The position numbers and the translations under genes are program-made. Below, one piece after another: positions 10,671-20,144 of a stretch of 64,000 nt of DNA. Every line of letters starts with the position of its first letter. Position 1 is the stretch's first letter. Origin of the DNA: Candidatus Obscuribacterales bacterium (lineage in GTDB: Bacteria; Cyanobacteriota; Vampirovibrionia; Obscuribacterales; Obscuribacteraceae); contig CBDDIJ010000003.1 in the NCBI GenBank assembly GCA_965228855.1, forward strand, positions 1,152,001-1,216,000, given 5' to 3'. The notes beneath the pieces are model-generated. The model had not been told where the DNA came from, did no database searches, and worked only from the letters and a program-made list of their open reading frames with translations.

Positions 10671-12218
10671 ATGAGCAAAACTGACCTGAGTACCAAAAGG
10701 TTGTCGGCAGCCTTCCTGACTGGGCTGCTCATGCTAAACACAGTAAATCCAGGCTTCTGCGAGACGCCCACAGGGGAGAAGACCTCAGGCGGAAAAGCCA
10801 CTTCAAGTAAGAGCGCTCCGGTTTCTCCTTCGGATAAAACGCCGGAAGGGGATTCTCGCTCGGCATCCGACACCGTGTGGTCTATTGATAGTAAGGTCGA
10901 AAAGAAGCTTGAGGAGCAGCAAGAGAGTCCCGGCGACACTGGTGAACCCAAGCTGCCGTCGGTCGATTCAATCCTGGATTCACTCAAAGAGGGCGCTCAG
11001 CAGTCGAAATCCGGAAGTCCTCCGGTAGAGTCAGGCAAACCGGATCCCACGAAAAACCTGGGACCGACGCCTGTGGACCCGGAAACCGTTTTAATGAAAG
11101 GCGGAGAAAAACTACCGGTGACGGGCAGTACTGCCACCGTCGCCCCGGCCAGCCAGGCACCGGCAGCTGACAAGACTCCGGCCTCATCGAAGTCGGCTGC
11201 GCCGAATCTTGGTTCGGGCAAGGGTACAACTAAGCTCTTTGGACGTATCGAACAGATTGCCGCAGAGGGCGATTTGAAAATGCCGCAGCTACAGATGCAA
11301 AAACCATCGCTCGATTCACGTGGCAAGCTTCTTGCGGGCGAGGCGGAGAAATATTCCGGTTCGATTGCAAAATCCTTTCCGACTGATTTCCGTGGCGTAT
11401 GGGGTGGGAATCTTCAAATCTGGAGCTATCGCTATACCCCTGAGTATCTGACAATTGACCGAGCTGAAGCGGTGAGCTCCGCCAATGTCTTGAAACCGCA
11501 ACGCTCCGGGGCGGTTAATTTCAACTTCTATTCGGACCCGAAAACCGGCGGTATAGCTCTGGAGCCAGCCAATGTTCTTCTGTCCGTGCCCATGAAAGAC
11601 ACAAATTCATTCAACCAGATGATGAATGGAATGCAAGGGCAGATGGGCGGTTTTGCCAGTATGTTCAATCAAATGGCAGGCAATATGGAGGCGCCGGTGG
11701 TTGCAATACACTTCGGCAAAGCCGAGGCTAACAGTATGGAGCGGGGAATTTCCGGCAATGACTTCAAGCAAGTTGTCGCCAAGAACGTTATTCGGGATCT
11801 CGGTCCGGGTGTTCTCGAGCAGCAGATCGTAACGCGCTATACGTCGAAAACCCAAGCGGGTAAAGTTCATTCTGGCTACGATGAAAGTGTGATGCGTTTT
11901 ACCAAGTTGCCATCCGGACAGTTGTATGTTCTCTGTGCTGCGGTCAAATACAGCAACACCGGAAAGTATTTGAGCAAGCTCATCATGTACGGCAATGTGG
12001 ATAAGGGGCGGCGAATGCAGACCAATCCGTATGCGCAGATGAACTCAATGATGGGTGGCATGATGAACATGGGTGAGATGCAGAAAATGATGGGCGGTGC
12101 TGCTCAAAAAGGCGGAACTATTCAAGTGCCTAACGGCGGCTTCGGCGGAATGCCTGGATTCGGCGGGGCTGGTGGAATGAATGACATTTTGAAACAGCTG
12201 AATCAGCTTCAAAAGTGA
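10671..12218 (+). CDS. Secreted hypothetical protein, low-complexity N-half, Met/Gly-rich tail
   Basis: GGAG SD before ATG 10671; signal peptide; long ORF. Confidence 0.75.
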   Translation: MSKTDLSTKRLSAAFLTGLLMLNTVNPGFCETPTGEKTSGGKATSSKSAPVSPSDKTPEGDSRSASDTVWSIDSKVEKKLEEQQESPGDTGEPKLPSVDSILDSLKEGAQQSKSGSPPVESGKPDPTKNLGPTPVDPETVLMKGGEKLPVTGSTATVAPASQAPAADKTPASSKSAAPNLGSGKGTTKLFGRIEQIAAEGDLKMPQLQMQKPSLDSRGKLLAGEAEKYSGSIAKSFPTDFRGVWGGNLQIWSYRYTPEYLTIDRAEAVSSANVLKPQRSGAVNFNFYSDPKTGGIALEPANVLLSVPMKDTNSFNQMMNGMQGQMGGFASMFNQMAGNMEAPVVAIHFGKAEANSMERGISGNDFKQVVAKNVIRDLGPGVLEQQIVTRYTSKTQAGKVHSGYDESVMRFTKLPSGQLYVLCAAVKYSNTGKYLSKLIMYGNVDKGRRMQTNPYAQMNSMMGGMMNMGEMQKMMGGAAQKGGTIQVPNGGFGGMPGFGGAGGMNDILKQLNQLQK

Positions 12219-12280
12219 GCCTTTAATCAGAACGAGTTAAAATCTGAAATCGAAAGGGCAGCCATCGGCTGTAGTGAGAC

Positions 12281-12799
12281 ATGAACGTAGAAAAATTGGC
12301 AGAAATAGTTGACGAGATGATTGTTCAACATGATTATCCGGGCTTTGAACCTCGGGCATTGAAGCTCGGTTTGCCGGATTCGGTTACGAAAGCGCCTGCA
12401 AAAGTTTTCTCTCAAGCGTTCGGACATGAAAACGTTTATGTTCGATTAGCCGCATTGAGGTGGTTTCAAGAGCGACCAGGCATGGCGAGACCGGCGATGA
12501 AAGCGGTTATGGGTCTTTATGAAGATGTAGATCCGTTTGTGCGCCTGGAAGCATTGCGTTTGAGTGAACGTTATACAGAACCAACAGAAGAGATGGCTGT
12601 GCGCGCCTCGAAGTTGCTGGAAGACGAAGATGTCGAAGTGCAAAGAACCGCAGCCAGAGCTTGTGGGAAGATTTGCAAAAAACTAAAGATCAAAGACGCA
12701 ACAGTTGTTGACAGATTGCAAAAGGCCGCTTCTGCTCCTGACTCGATGTTGAGAGGCAAGGCGGAGAAAGCGCTTAGAGTAATGGGCATGTACGACTGA
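12281..12799 (+). CDS. HEAT-repeat protein
   Basis: HENVYVRLAAL, DVDPFVRLEAL, DEDVEVQRTAARACG, PDSMLRGKAEKAL. Confidence 0.85.
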   Translation: MNVEKLAEIVDEMIVQHDYPGFEPRALKLGLPDSVTKAPAKVFSQAFGHENVYVRLAALRWFQERPGMARPAMKAVMGLYEDVDPFVRLEALRLSERYTEPTEEMAVRASKLLEDEDVEVQRTAARACGKICKKLKIKDATVVDRLQKAASAPDSMLRGKAEKALRVMGMYD

Positions 12800-12819
12800 T
12801 TGGTTAATTTGTGTTTTTC

Positions 12820-13257
12820 CTAATCAGCAACAGAAGTCTTCGCGATCACGCACAGAGGCATGCTGCCTAACCGTTCGTTGAAACGGTGTTCGTTTGCCAA
12901 TCTTCCGAAGAAGTCATGTTCGTAGTACTGCTCGAGGAAATTCCAATCGTAGGCGATTGTCTTTAAGAGCTCTTTGAAAACCGGCTGCATATCTGCCACC
13001 AGCTGTTCAAGTTCTTTCTGAACACTTTGCTCAATATCAAAAGCATTCGACTTGATTATCATTTGCGAGCGCGTGACGTAATCGAGGATATTGATGATCA
13101 AGTCGTTGGAGTAAGTTTTGATCATCTTTTCTTCGAGCGTTATACGTTTTCCTTCTAACGCCGCGAAGCAGTTTTGAATGTCCGACGCTACAGAGAGCAG
13201 GTTGGCAAGGCAGACAAACATGTCGGCATTTAAATTGTCATTGGTCTCATTTGTCAT
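12820..13257 (-). CDS. Hypothetical helical protein
   Basis: 145-aa ORF with protein-like composition and no competing ORF. Confidence 0.7.
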   Translation of the reverse strand: MTNETNDNLNADMFVCLANLLSVASDIQNCFAALEGKRITLEEKMIKTYSNDLIINILDYVTRSQMIIKSNAFDIEQSVQKELEQLVADMQPVFKELLKTIAYDWNFLEQYYEHDFFGRLANEHRFNERLGSMPLCVIAKTSVAD

Positions 13258-13457
13258 TTCTGTGCTCGTGGCTTAGCGGAGAAGGCTAACAGTATTTAAA
13301 TCGCCTGGAGGGCTTTATAGAGGGCTCTGGCGCATGACTATTGAACGACATTGCGTGCGTATTGTCGACTGCATTTTTCTCACATGGGTTCGCCTTCCAG
13401 TCTTGAAACTGCCTGCAATAGCAGCCGGGCTGAGATTGAATGAGCAATTAAAGCTCA

Positions 13458-13485
13458 AATCCGCTCCCTTGTTAGAGAGCGGATT
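13458..13485 (-). terminator. Putative terminator hairpin downstream of the RHH gene
   Basis: aatccgctc ... gagcggatt inverted repeat. Confidence 0.5.
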
Positions 13486-13637
13486 CTGCTGGTTCAGTCG
13501 ATTGTGTTTCCTTGAATCGGCGCCGCAAGTATTTCGGATGCTGCTCAGTCTTTTGGACTATCGAATATGTGCCGAGAGAGAAAACTCTTTTAGATTCTAA
13601 ATGCCTTGACAGGAGATTTTTTTCGCAAATCGCAAGA

Positions 13638-13850
13638 TTAGGAGAGAGTATGTGTCAAAGGTTTTGTAGTTTCCGAGACTTCCATTGTGGATACCGATAG
13701 TTGCGCACCTTGAGTTCTTCTGAAATTGTCGAGATACCGTCTTAGGGCTTCTCTAATCAAGTCTGAACGAGTTCTGTGTTCGCATTTTGCAATATGGTCT
13801 ACTTGTTCGAGCATCGCAGGCGGCAACGCTATCAGTACTTTCTTGGGCAT
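13638..13850 (-). CDS. Ribbon-helix-helix (CopG/NikR-like) DNA-binding protein
   Basis: KKVLIALPPAMLEQVDHIAKCEHRTRSDLIREALRRYL; GAGGA SD before ATG 13850. Confidence 0.9.
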   Translation of the reverse strand: MPKKVLIALPPAMLEQVDHIAKCEHRTRSDLIREALRRYLDNFRRTQGAQLSVSTMEVSETTKPLTHTLS

Positions 13851-14003
13851 AGGCACATCCTCACTTATTTAAAAAAGACACAGGGATCTATTGAGCCGCT
13901 GTCGATTTCTCTCATCGGCTCAAAACTTTTTCACGGCTCTTAACAAAGAGTAACCGCGACGTCGGTGGAATGGGATCGATCAACCACCGTTCGAATGCAT
14001 ATC

Positions 14004-14032
14004 AATTTACACTGCAATTTCGATATCGTAAA
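14004..14032 (-). promoter_or_regulatory. Putative sigma70-type promoter of the RHH gene
   Basis: TTTACG-17 nt-TAAATT on the minus strand, about 155 nt upstream of the ATG. Confidence 0.5.
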
Positions 14033-15185
14033 GGTCCAAAAGAGGCATAAATGCTCAATTTAAGCCGAAACGAGATGAAAGGTTTTTTTGAAATTCCGAA
14101 AAGCAATAACAGTAAGACTCTGACGAAAAGCGGGGTTCTAAGTAAGACAAATATATACGTAGTTATAGCTGTATTTGACATACACAGGCACTTGCAAAAC
14201 GCTGGAAGTGTGATACACGCTGCTACTGGTAATCGTATGTGGTGGCTTAGGAGTTAATGATTTTTGCCTGCTTTGCGAACACGTAAAACGCTGCTTGTCA
14301 TGCCGCCTGGCGCGAAATCCGTCATCAGATCGGCGGTTTCAATCGCATATCCGAAAGACCGCTTGTAGTAGATTGGACCGACATAACCGTACGTAAATCA
14401 TTGTCCTCTGTGTGTTTCCGCTTTTACGATTCGCTCCGTAGGCTGCAATCGATGAACGGCTATGTCATTGCGAGATTGGCTTAGAGCGTCAATCAATATA
14501 GATCTGGCAGAGTTCTGTGACGGCATCCGTACGTAGTATCGGATATGGTGCCTGCTCTCTGTTTAATAAATGCGATGTGCATGGCTATTTTTCCAGTTCG
14601 AGAAATCTATCGGAGTATGAAGAATGTGTCGAGTGCTGGAAAGTGTTGCTCCAACAGCGTTGACGGGTTTGTGTTTTTGAATGTTGCTAACTCCCGAAAC
14701 TGTCACCGTTAATATGAGAGTGAATTTTGTCACGATTGGTTTACAAACGCATTTTCCTGATTGCACCTTTTAAAAATACTGCTGAGCGATTTGCTACAAG
14801 CCGGAAACCGCGTGATAACTTGTTCTCTGCAAGCGTGCTTTTGTGAATGCATGAACGGTTATCAATGACGATGAAAAAGAAACGCTTAAGTACTGAGTTC
14901 TATCGAATCGTTGTTTTTAGCTGTGGGAGGCGTTAGATTCATAGGATAGAATTTGCCGGTTGGCGAGTGCGTTGCGATGAGTAGCGTGCAAGAAAAACTT
15001 CCTTGCTTCCTTATATATGTATGCGGGATGGATGGAAAACGCCCTCTATATCAAGAGAATGCAACTACGGTCTCAAAGCGAAATTAAGTTCTACATTCGA
15101 ACATACGACTGTAATCATTAGTTCATCCCAATTTTTTTGAGATTCGCATTCATATATTAGGAACACAAATTGAGAAAACGAACAT

Positions 15186-15953
15186 ATGATTCTTGCTACC
15201 TGGAATGTCAATTCAATATCCGTGCGGATTTCGCAGGTAGTAAGCTGGCTTCAACTGCATCAGCCGGACGTGCTTTGCATACAAGAATCTAAAGTTGAAG
15301 ATTCGAAATTTCCGATTGACAGCTTTCGCGCCATCGGCTATGACGCGCAGTTTCACGGGCAGAAGAGCTACAACGGTGTTGCAATTATCTCTAAACACCA
15401 GATAACGGACGTTGAAAAACGATTTCGTGATACGCCTGAACAAGACCAGGCCAGGTTTATAAGAGGAACTGTCGGAGACACTGTCATCCTTAATGCTTAC
15501 GTGCCCAACGGAAGCTTGGTCGGGTGTGATAAGTATGCATACAAGCTTGAATGGCTCAAGACCTTTCGAGAGTATTTAGATAAGAATCTTTCACCTGCTG
15601 CCAGCGTCTTGCTGTGCGGCGACTTCAACGTCGCTCCTGAAGATCGGGATGTATACAACCCAGATCGAGTTCGCGGCCAAATTCTGGTTAGCGAGCAGGA
15701 ACGTGAATCACTGGCAGTCGTTCGAAACTGGGGATTCATCGACTCCTTCAGATTGCACGAACAAGATCCCGGTCATCACACATGGTGGGATTATCGCGTT
15801 TTAGGATTTAAACGGAAGATGGGATTCCGAATCGATCATATCTATGTAAGTGAATCGCTAGCTCAGAAATGTAAGCGCGTATGGATTGACATCGAGCCTC
15901 GTAAGGCGGACAAACCATCGGACCACACACCCGTTATAGGTGAATTCGTATAG
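15186..15953 (+). CDS. xth: Exodeoxyribonuclease III
   Basis: ATWNVNS, LCIQESK, SYNGVAI, YVPNG, GDFNVA, FRIDH, SDHTPV. Confidence 0.96.
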   Translation: MILATWNVNSISVRISQVVSWLQLHQPDVLCIQESKVEDSKFPIDSFRAIGYDAQFHGQKSYNGVAIISKHQITDVEKRFRDTPEQDQARFIRGTVGDTVILNAYVPNGSLVGCDKYAYKLEWLKTFREYLDKNLSPAASVLLCGDFNVAPEDRDVYNPDRVRGQILVSEQERESLAVVRNWGFIDSFRLHEQDPGHHTWWDYRVLGFKRKMGFRIDHIYVSESLAQKCKRVWIDIEPRKADKPSDHTPVIGEFV

Positions 15954-16111
15954 TCGACAATTATTTTGCTGTCTCGCTGATCTTATGCGGGCTCTCAGGT
16001 GAGTTCGTATAAATGTCAAAGGCGTCGAATAACATTAAGGCACCGTATACGGTGCCGAGCACTAGATCTCTTTGAGGTATCAGACTGACCGGTCAATTCT
16101 GGCGGTTTCAA

Positions 16112-16158
16112 TTAGAAGGGACCTTACAAGAGCTGTAAGGTCCCTTCTAACGTTTTTT
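16112..16158. terminator. Likely bidirectional terminator between convergent genes
   Basis: 17-bp perfect stem ttagaagggaccttaca/tgtaaggtcccttctaa, then a T tract. Confidence 0.85.
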
Positions 16159-16168
16159 CAGTTCAGGA

Positions 16169-18127
16169 CTAAGAGCCTGCTTTTACGGGTTCTTTCTTCG
16201 GCGCGCTGACCTTTTCATAACCCATCATTATGTCGGCTGGTTCGATGCCTTCGATGGCTTTGAATTCGCCTGCGACGATCAAGTCTGCCAGCTTAGAGCA
16301 ATCCTTGAAGTATTGGTCGCTCGGACGCTCGCCTGTGAGCTTGCGGGTCAGGTCCTGACAGAGAATGTCAGCTGCTTTGATCATCACCTTGTCTCCCTGA
16401 TTGTGAGCCCACAAGGCGGTGACAAGCATGATGATCGCATCCTGGACGCGCTGCGACATCTCAGCGATGCGGCATTGTCTGTCCGGCAATTTCAGCTGGT
16501 GTTTGACCATATTTTCGCTCAGTTCAGATGGCGACTGGTGCAATTGTTCCATCGCAAAGTTGATGTGATTATTGAGGCTTTCGTCCATGCCATCAATGTT
16601 GCGACTGTCCTTGGCTGAGAGCATCTGACCGAGATACCAGTTTGCATAATTCCACAGTTCGCCTTTCAGCGCCCAGGCATGCGATGGATTTGCCGGATTA
16701 AAGTCTCTTATTTGATGCTTGTGCAGCGCTATACCGATAGGCTCGAAGTACTTGCTTCCATGTTGTTTTGCCAGCGATTTGAAAAACGCCATTCCAAGCA
16801 TTTCGCCTTCGCCTTCATAGATACATGGCGCCAGGAAGTCATGCACGTTGTCGCCGAAAATATGACCGGAGATGAAACTGCGGCCTCCGTGCGTTTTCAT
16901 GAACAGCTCAATGGCGCATTCCTTCTCGGCTTCACTGCCGAAGATTTTCGCGATAATGCATTCGAGTTCACCGCGATACCCCTGGTCAAGCAACCAGGAT
17001 CCCCAAGCCACAAGCGCATCGGCACCGGCGATCAGCGCGGCAGCTCGGGCTATTCGGCGTTTGACCAGTTCGCGTGTTTCGATTGCTTTGCCATAAGTCT
17101 CTCTGAATTTAGCCCAGGGGAGCATATTGGCAAGCATGAGTCTCATGACGCCGGAAGCCGTTGCGCAAAGCGCCAGACGACCCATGTTCAGTCCGTGATA
17201 TGCAACCGTCAGACCGTCGCCTTTCGTGACGTTTAACAGATTTTCTTTGGGAACTTTGAAATTCTTGAATACAAGACCGACGTTGTGAGCGTGTTTCAGC
17301 GCATGCAAACCGTAAGTCTTAATCTGGAAATTCTCGTTTTGTTCTTTTGGCAGGTCTGCAATTATCGCTGAAGGCTTGCCGTTCACCAGGCATACGATAC
17401 CAACTGTACGTCCTTCTTGCGCATTGGTGATAAACAGCTTTTCACCGTTGATTACATAATGATCGCCCTCGAGAACTGCGGTAGTTCTCAGTGCGGTCAA
17501 GTCGGAACCGGCGTTTGGCTCGGTGAGCGCAAAGGCGGAGAGGGTCTCACCGCTTGCCAATTTCGGCAAGAATTTTTCCTTTTGCTTATCGCTGCCGAAG
17601 TAGTTCACCGGGTCGACTGCACCGATGCAACCATGAACAGAAGCGAGACCGGCTGCGGTTGGTTCAATAGTGGCAACCTTGGTCAGGAAAGTCATGAATG
17701 GACGAACCGCTACTCCGGATCCGCCGAATTTTTTGTCGATGAGCAAGCCCCAGTAGCCGGCTTCGGCAAGTTCGTTCAAGAGTTTGTCTGACAACTTGCC
17801 TTTGGCGTCATATTGTCGACTCTCTCTTCTTGCGGCGCGCAAAACCGCGAGCGACTTTTCCATTGCCGGTATTGAAACGCTCGCCACATCAAGTTTTGGT
17901 GTCGAGAACAGCTCGATCGGCACATTATTGTCCCAGACAGCTTTGTGAATGGGGCTGTTGACTGTTTTATATTTGTCAGCGAACAGGGCTTCGACTTCAT
18001 CGTCTGCACGGTCGACTGCGCCTGTGCGTTTGGCTTCGTCTTCGCTTTTGCCGCCAAGGCGCAGTGCTGTTTCTGCAAAACTGACATCGTTGTTTTTGGG
18101 ATCGTTATCAGGCATCTTTCCATCCAA
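16169..18127 (-). CDS. Acyl-CoA dehydrogenase (long form)
   Basis: AFALTEPNAGSD, INGEKLFITNA, LNMGRL, IYEGEGEM. Confidence 0.93.
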   Translation of the reverse strand: MDGKMPDNDPKNNDVSFAETALRLGGKSEDEAKRTGAVDRADDEVEALFADKYKTVNSPIHKAVWDNNVPIELFSTPKLDVASVSIPAMEKSLAVLRAARRESRQYDAKGKLSDKLLNELAEAGYWGLLIDKKFGGSGVAVRPFMTFLTKVATIEPTAAGLASVHGCIGAVDPVNYFGSDKQKEKFLPKLASGETLSAFALTEPNAGSDLTALRTTAVLEGDHYVINGEKLFITNAQEGRTVGIVCLVNGKPSAIIADLPKEQNENFQIKTYGLHALKHAHNVGLVFKNFKVPKENLLNVTKGDGLTVAYHGLNMGRLALCATASGVMRLMLANMLPWAKFRETYGKAIETRELVKRRIARAAALIAGADALVAWGSWLLDQGYRGELECIIAKIFGSEAEKECAIELFMKTHGGRSFISGHIFGDNVHDFLAPCIYEGEGEMLGMAFFKSLAKQHGSKYFEPIGIALHKHQIRDFNPANPSHAWALKGELWNYANWYLGQMLSAKDSRNIDGMDESLNNHINFAMEQLHQSPSELSENMVKHQLKLPDRQCRIAEMSQRVQDAIIMLVTALWAHNQGDKVMIKAADILCQDLTRKLTGERPSDQYFKDCSKLADLIVAGEFKAIEGIEPADIMMGYEKVSAPKKEPVKAGS

Positions 18128-18297
18128 CTACTAACTATCGACATGTAAGTAATTTTTGCACAAGCGGGGCTTGAAAGCGTGAATAGCCTCATTTTTTTGG
18201 GTTTTCAGCATGCAATAATTAGCAACTTGTAATACTTTCGCCAATTCTGTGCTGTGCGCTCGAATTTCGAGGCATCTGCGTCACTCTCCGTTCTCCG

Positions 18298-18340
18298 CCG
18301 AGCCATGAGCCCGAGCCCGAGTCTGAGTCCCGAGCCTGAA
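18298..18340. repeat. Degenerate hexamer tandem repeat (ccgagc-like)
   Basis: ccgagccatgagcccgagcccgagtctgagtcccgagcctga. Confidence 0.55.
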
Positions 18341-18668
18341 ACGACTTACGGTCACTGATGGGCCTGGGCATCAGCGGGAGCTCTTATGGTTTCTTCTAGA
18401 AATAGTAGATATTGGGGCGCCGAGTTTGCGCCTGAATTTTCTGGGGAGCGCTCGAAAGGCTTGTAGGTAGAACTTCGGCTAACTCTCCCCCGGGATATCC
18501 GGCGGTTGAAACCGACCGACACGTCGGTGTGAGGTCCTAAAATTGTTACCCTGCAATGTTTTTCTGCGAATTCTAGCGGGGATAGAAATATCCCTAAGAG
18601 CGGCAAAGTCCTTGGCTAATTACGTTGCTGATTATGTTGCTGATTAAGGGGCGGGTTCGATCGATCAG

Positions 18669-19955
18669 CTACTTCAATTTGGCGAATTTTGGATTGGCTT
18701 TCAAGGTTTCGGCAATCGCGGAGTAAAGTTTGATACCGCCGCTGGTGTTCATGTGAGACGCGTCTTCAAAGTCTTTAGCTGTTTCGTACGACTCTAATGT
18801 GTCAGGAGTTAGAATGACCGCGCCGGATCGAGCGCAGCCAACTTTCAATACTTGTTGATACTTCGCAAGTGTTTTTTCTGGAAGTAGATTTGTATTCTCT
18901 ATCGGTAGCGGCGTTCTGACGACCAGAACCGGCACCTCATGCTTCTTCGCCAGGTCTAGAAAATCGTTGTATGCTTTCGTCTGAGTCGCGAACTGTTTCT
19001 TGTCGACCGGCAAGTACATGCTTTTATACTCGTCGAGATGACCCAGAGTGTTTGGCGGCCTCTGATAAATCGCAGTGTCGTTTGGGTTGAAGAAGGTGTC
19101 GCGTGTGCTCTTCTCGGCAGGATTTTTTGCTTCCGATTTATTGGTGGCATCGAATAATGTGACCGGACGATTCAGCGTTGTCGCGGCAAGATTGGTGAGG
19201 AACTGGCTGTACTCTTGCCTGTGGGCATAGTAGTTTGACAAAATGCCGAGCGCTTCGTCCGTGATTGATTGCCACGATGCGCCGCTGGAGAGCAATTCAG
19301 GAAGAGAGTTCCAGTCTCTCAATGCATTTGCCGTTGGCGTCGTGTCGATATCAGCTCTGCTGTTGTCTACGAAATCACGAGGCGATAAACAGACGACAAC
19401 AGCTTTACACGTCTTCCCTGCAGCCAGATACTTTTTTAGAATCAAAAGTTGATCTGATACCAAACTGCCGGCGACACTCGCGTTAGATACCGAGACGTTC
19501 TTGCCCGCCCACTCACGGAGTTTCTTCTCCAGGAATTCTGCTTTTTCATATGGCAAAATGACGTTGCGCTCATACCAGAAATCCCATCGAGCTTTGCGTC
19601 CAGCCAGTTCATCATCCGCTCTGACTGCGGGATACAGGCTAATTGATGAACCGAGAACTAATACATCCGGGTTCTTCGGCGCCGACATCAAACGTGGCAA
19701 CTTAGACACGAATATATGTTGTCTTGCACCTGTGAGACCAGTCCAGAACAAACGTTCCAGTGGATCGTACTTCTCGATAGCAAAGTTCAAAGCGGTAAAT
19801 AATATTACGCTAATGATAGTGGTACTGGAGACTAACCGAAGCGGCAATCCGGCTACCCGGCTTTTCGACGAGCCTGGCATTGCCAACCTCTCAGATGCCT
19901 CTGCATCTGATGTGGTCGAGCCTGCGCTCTCGGTTTTGGTTGCGGTTTCTACCAT
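18669..19955 (-). CDS. Membrane-anchored SGNH-hydrolase-like protein (DltD/DUF1574-like)
   Basis: N-terminal TM; VLVLGSS block I, NASVAG, FEDASHMN (DxxH). Confidence 0.7.
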   Translation of the reverse strand: MVETATKTESAGSTTSDAEASERLAMPGSSKSRVAGLPLRLVSSTTIISVILFTALNFAIEKYDPLERLFWTGLTGARQHIFVSKLPRLMSAPKNPDVLVLGSSISLYPAVRADDELAGRKARWDFWYERNVILPYEKAEFLEKKLREWAGKNVSVSNASVAGSLVSDQLLILKKYLAAGKTCKAVVVCLSPRDFVDNSRADIDTTPTANALRDWNSLPELLSSGASWQSITDEALGILSNYYAHRQEYSQFLTNLAATTLNRPVTLFDATNKSEAKNPAEKSTRDTFFNPNDTAIYQRPPNTLGHLDEYKSMYLPVDKKQFATQTKAYNDFLDLAKKHEVPVLVVRTPLPIENTNLLPEKTLAKYQQVLKVGCARSGAVILTPDTLESYETAKDFEDASHMNTSGGIKLYSAIAETLKANPKFAKLK

Positions 19956-20144
19956 CGAACTATCTCAAAAAATTGCCCGGACGGGCATCGAGACGGACAT
20001 TCTATAATGTCATGAGCATGAGGTCTATGCATTATAAATAATGAGGCGGTCGCCCTGAAAACTCGATGCCGCTAGTTCAAAATGTCGATACGCCGGTCGT
20101 TTACCGGAACGTCACGGACGGTGTCTTCATCGCTGCAGCGATCG

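Noticed and set aside
13638..13850. RHH protein as antitoxin of a type II TA pair
   Set aside because: No adjacent toxin-like ORF; it appears to be a standalone unit
14033..15185. Replication origin
   Set aside because: No cluster of TTATCCACA-like DnaA boxes seen and no dnaA/dnaN nearby
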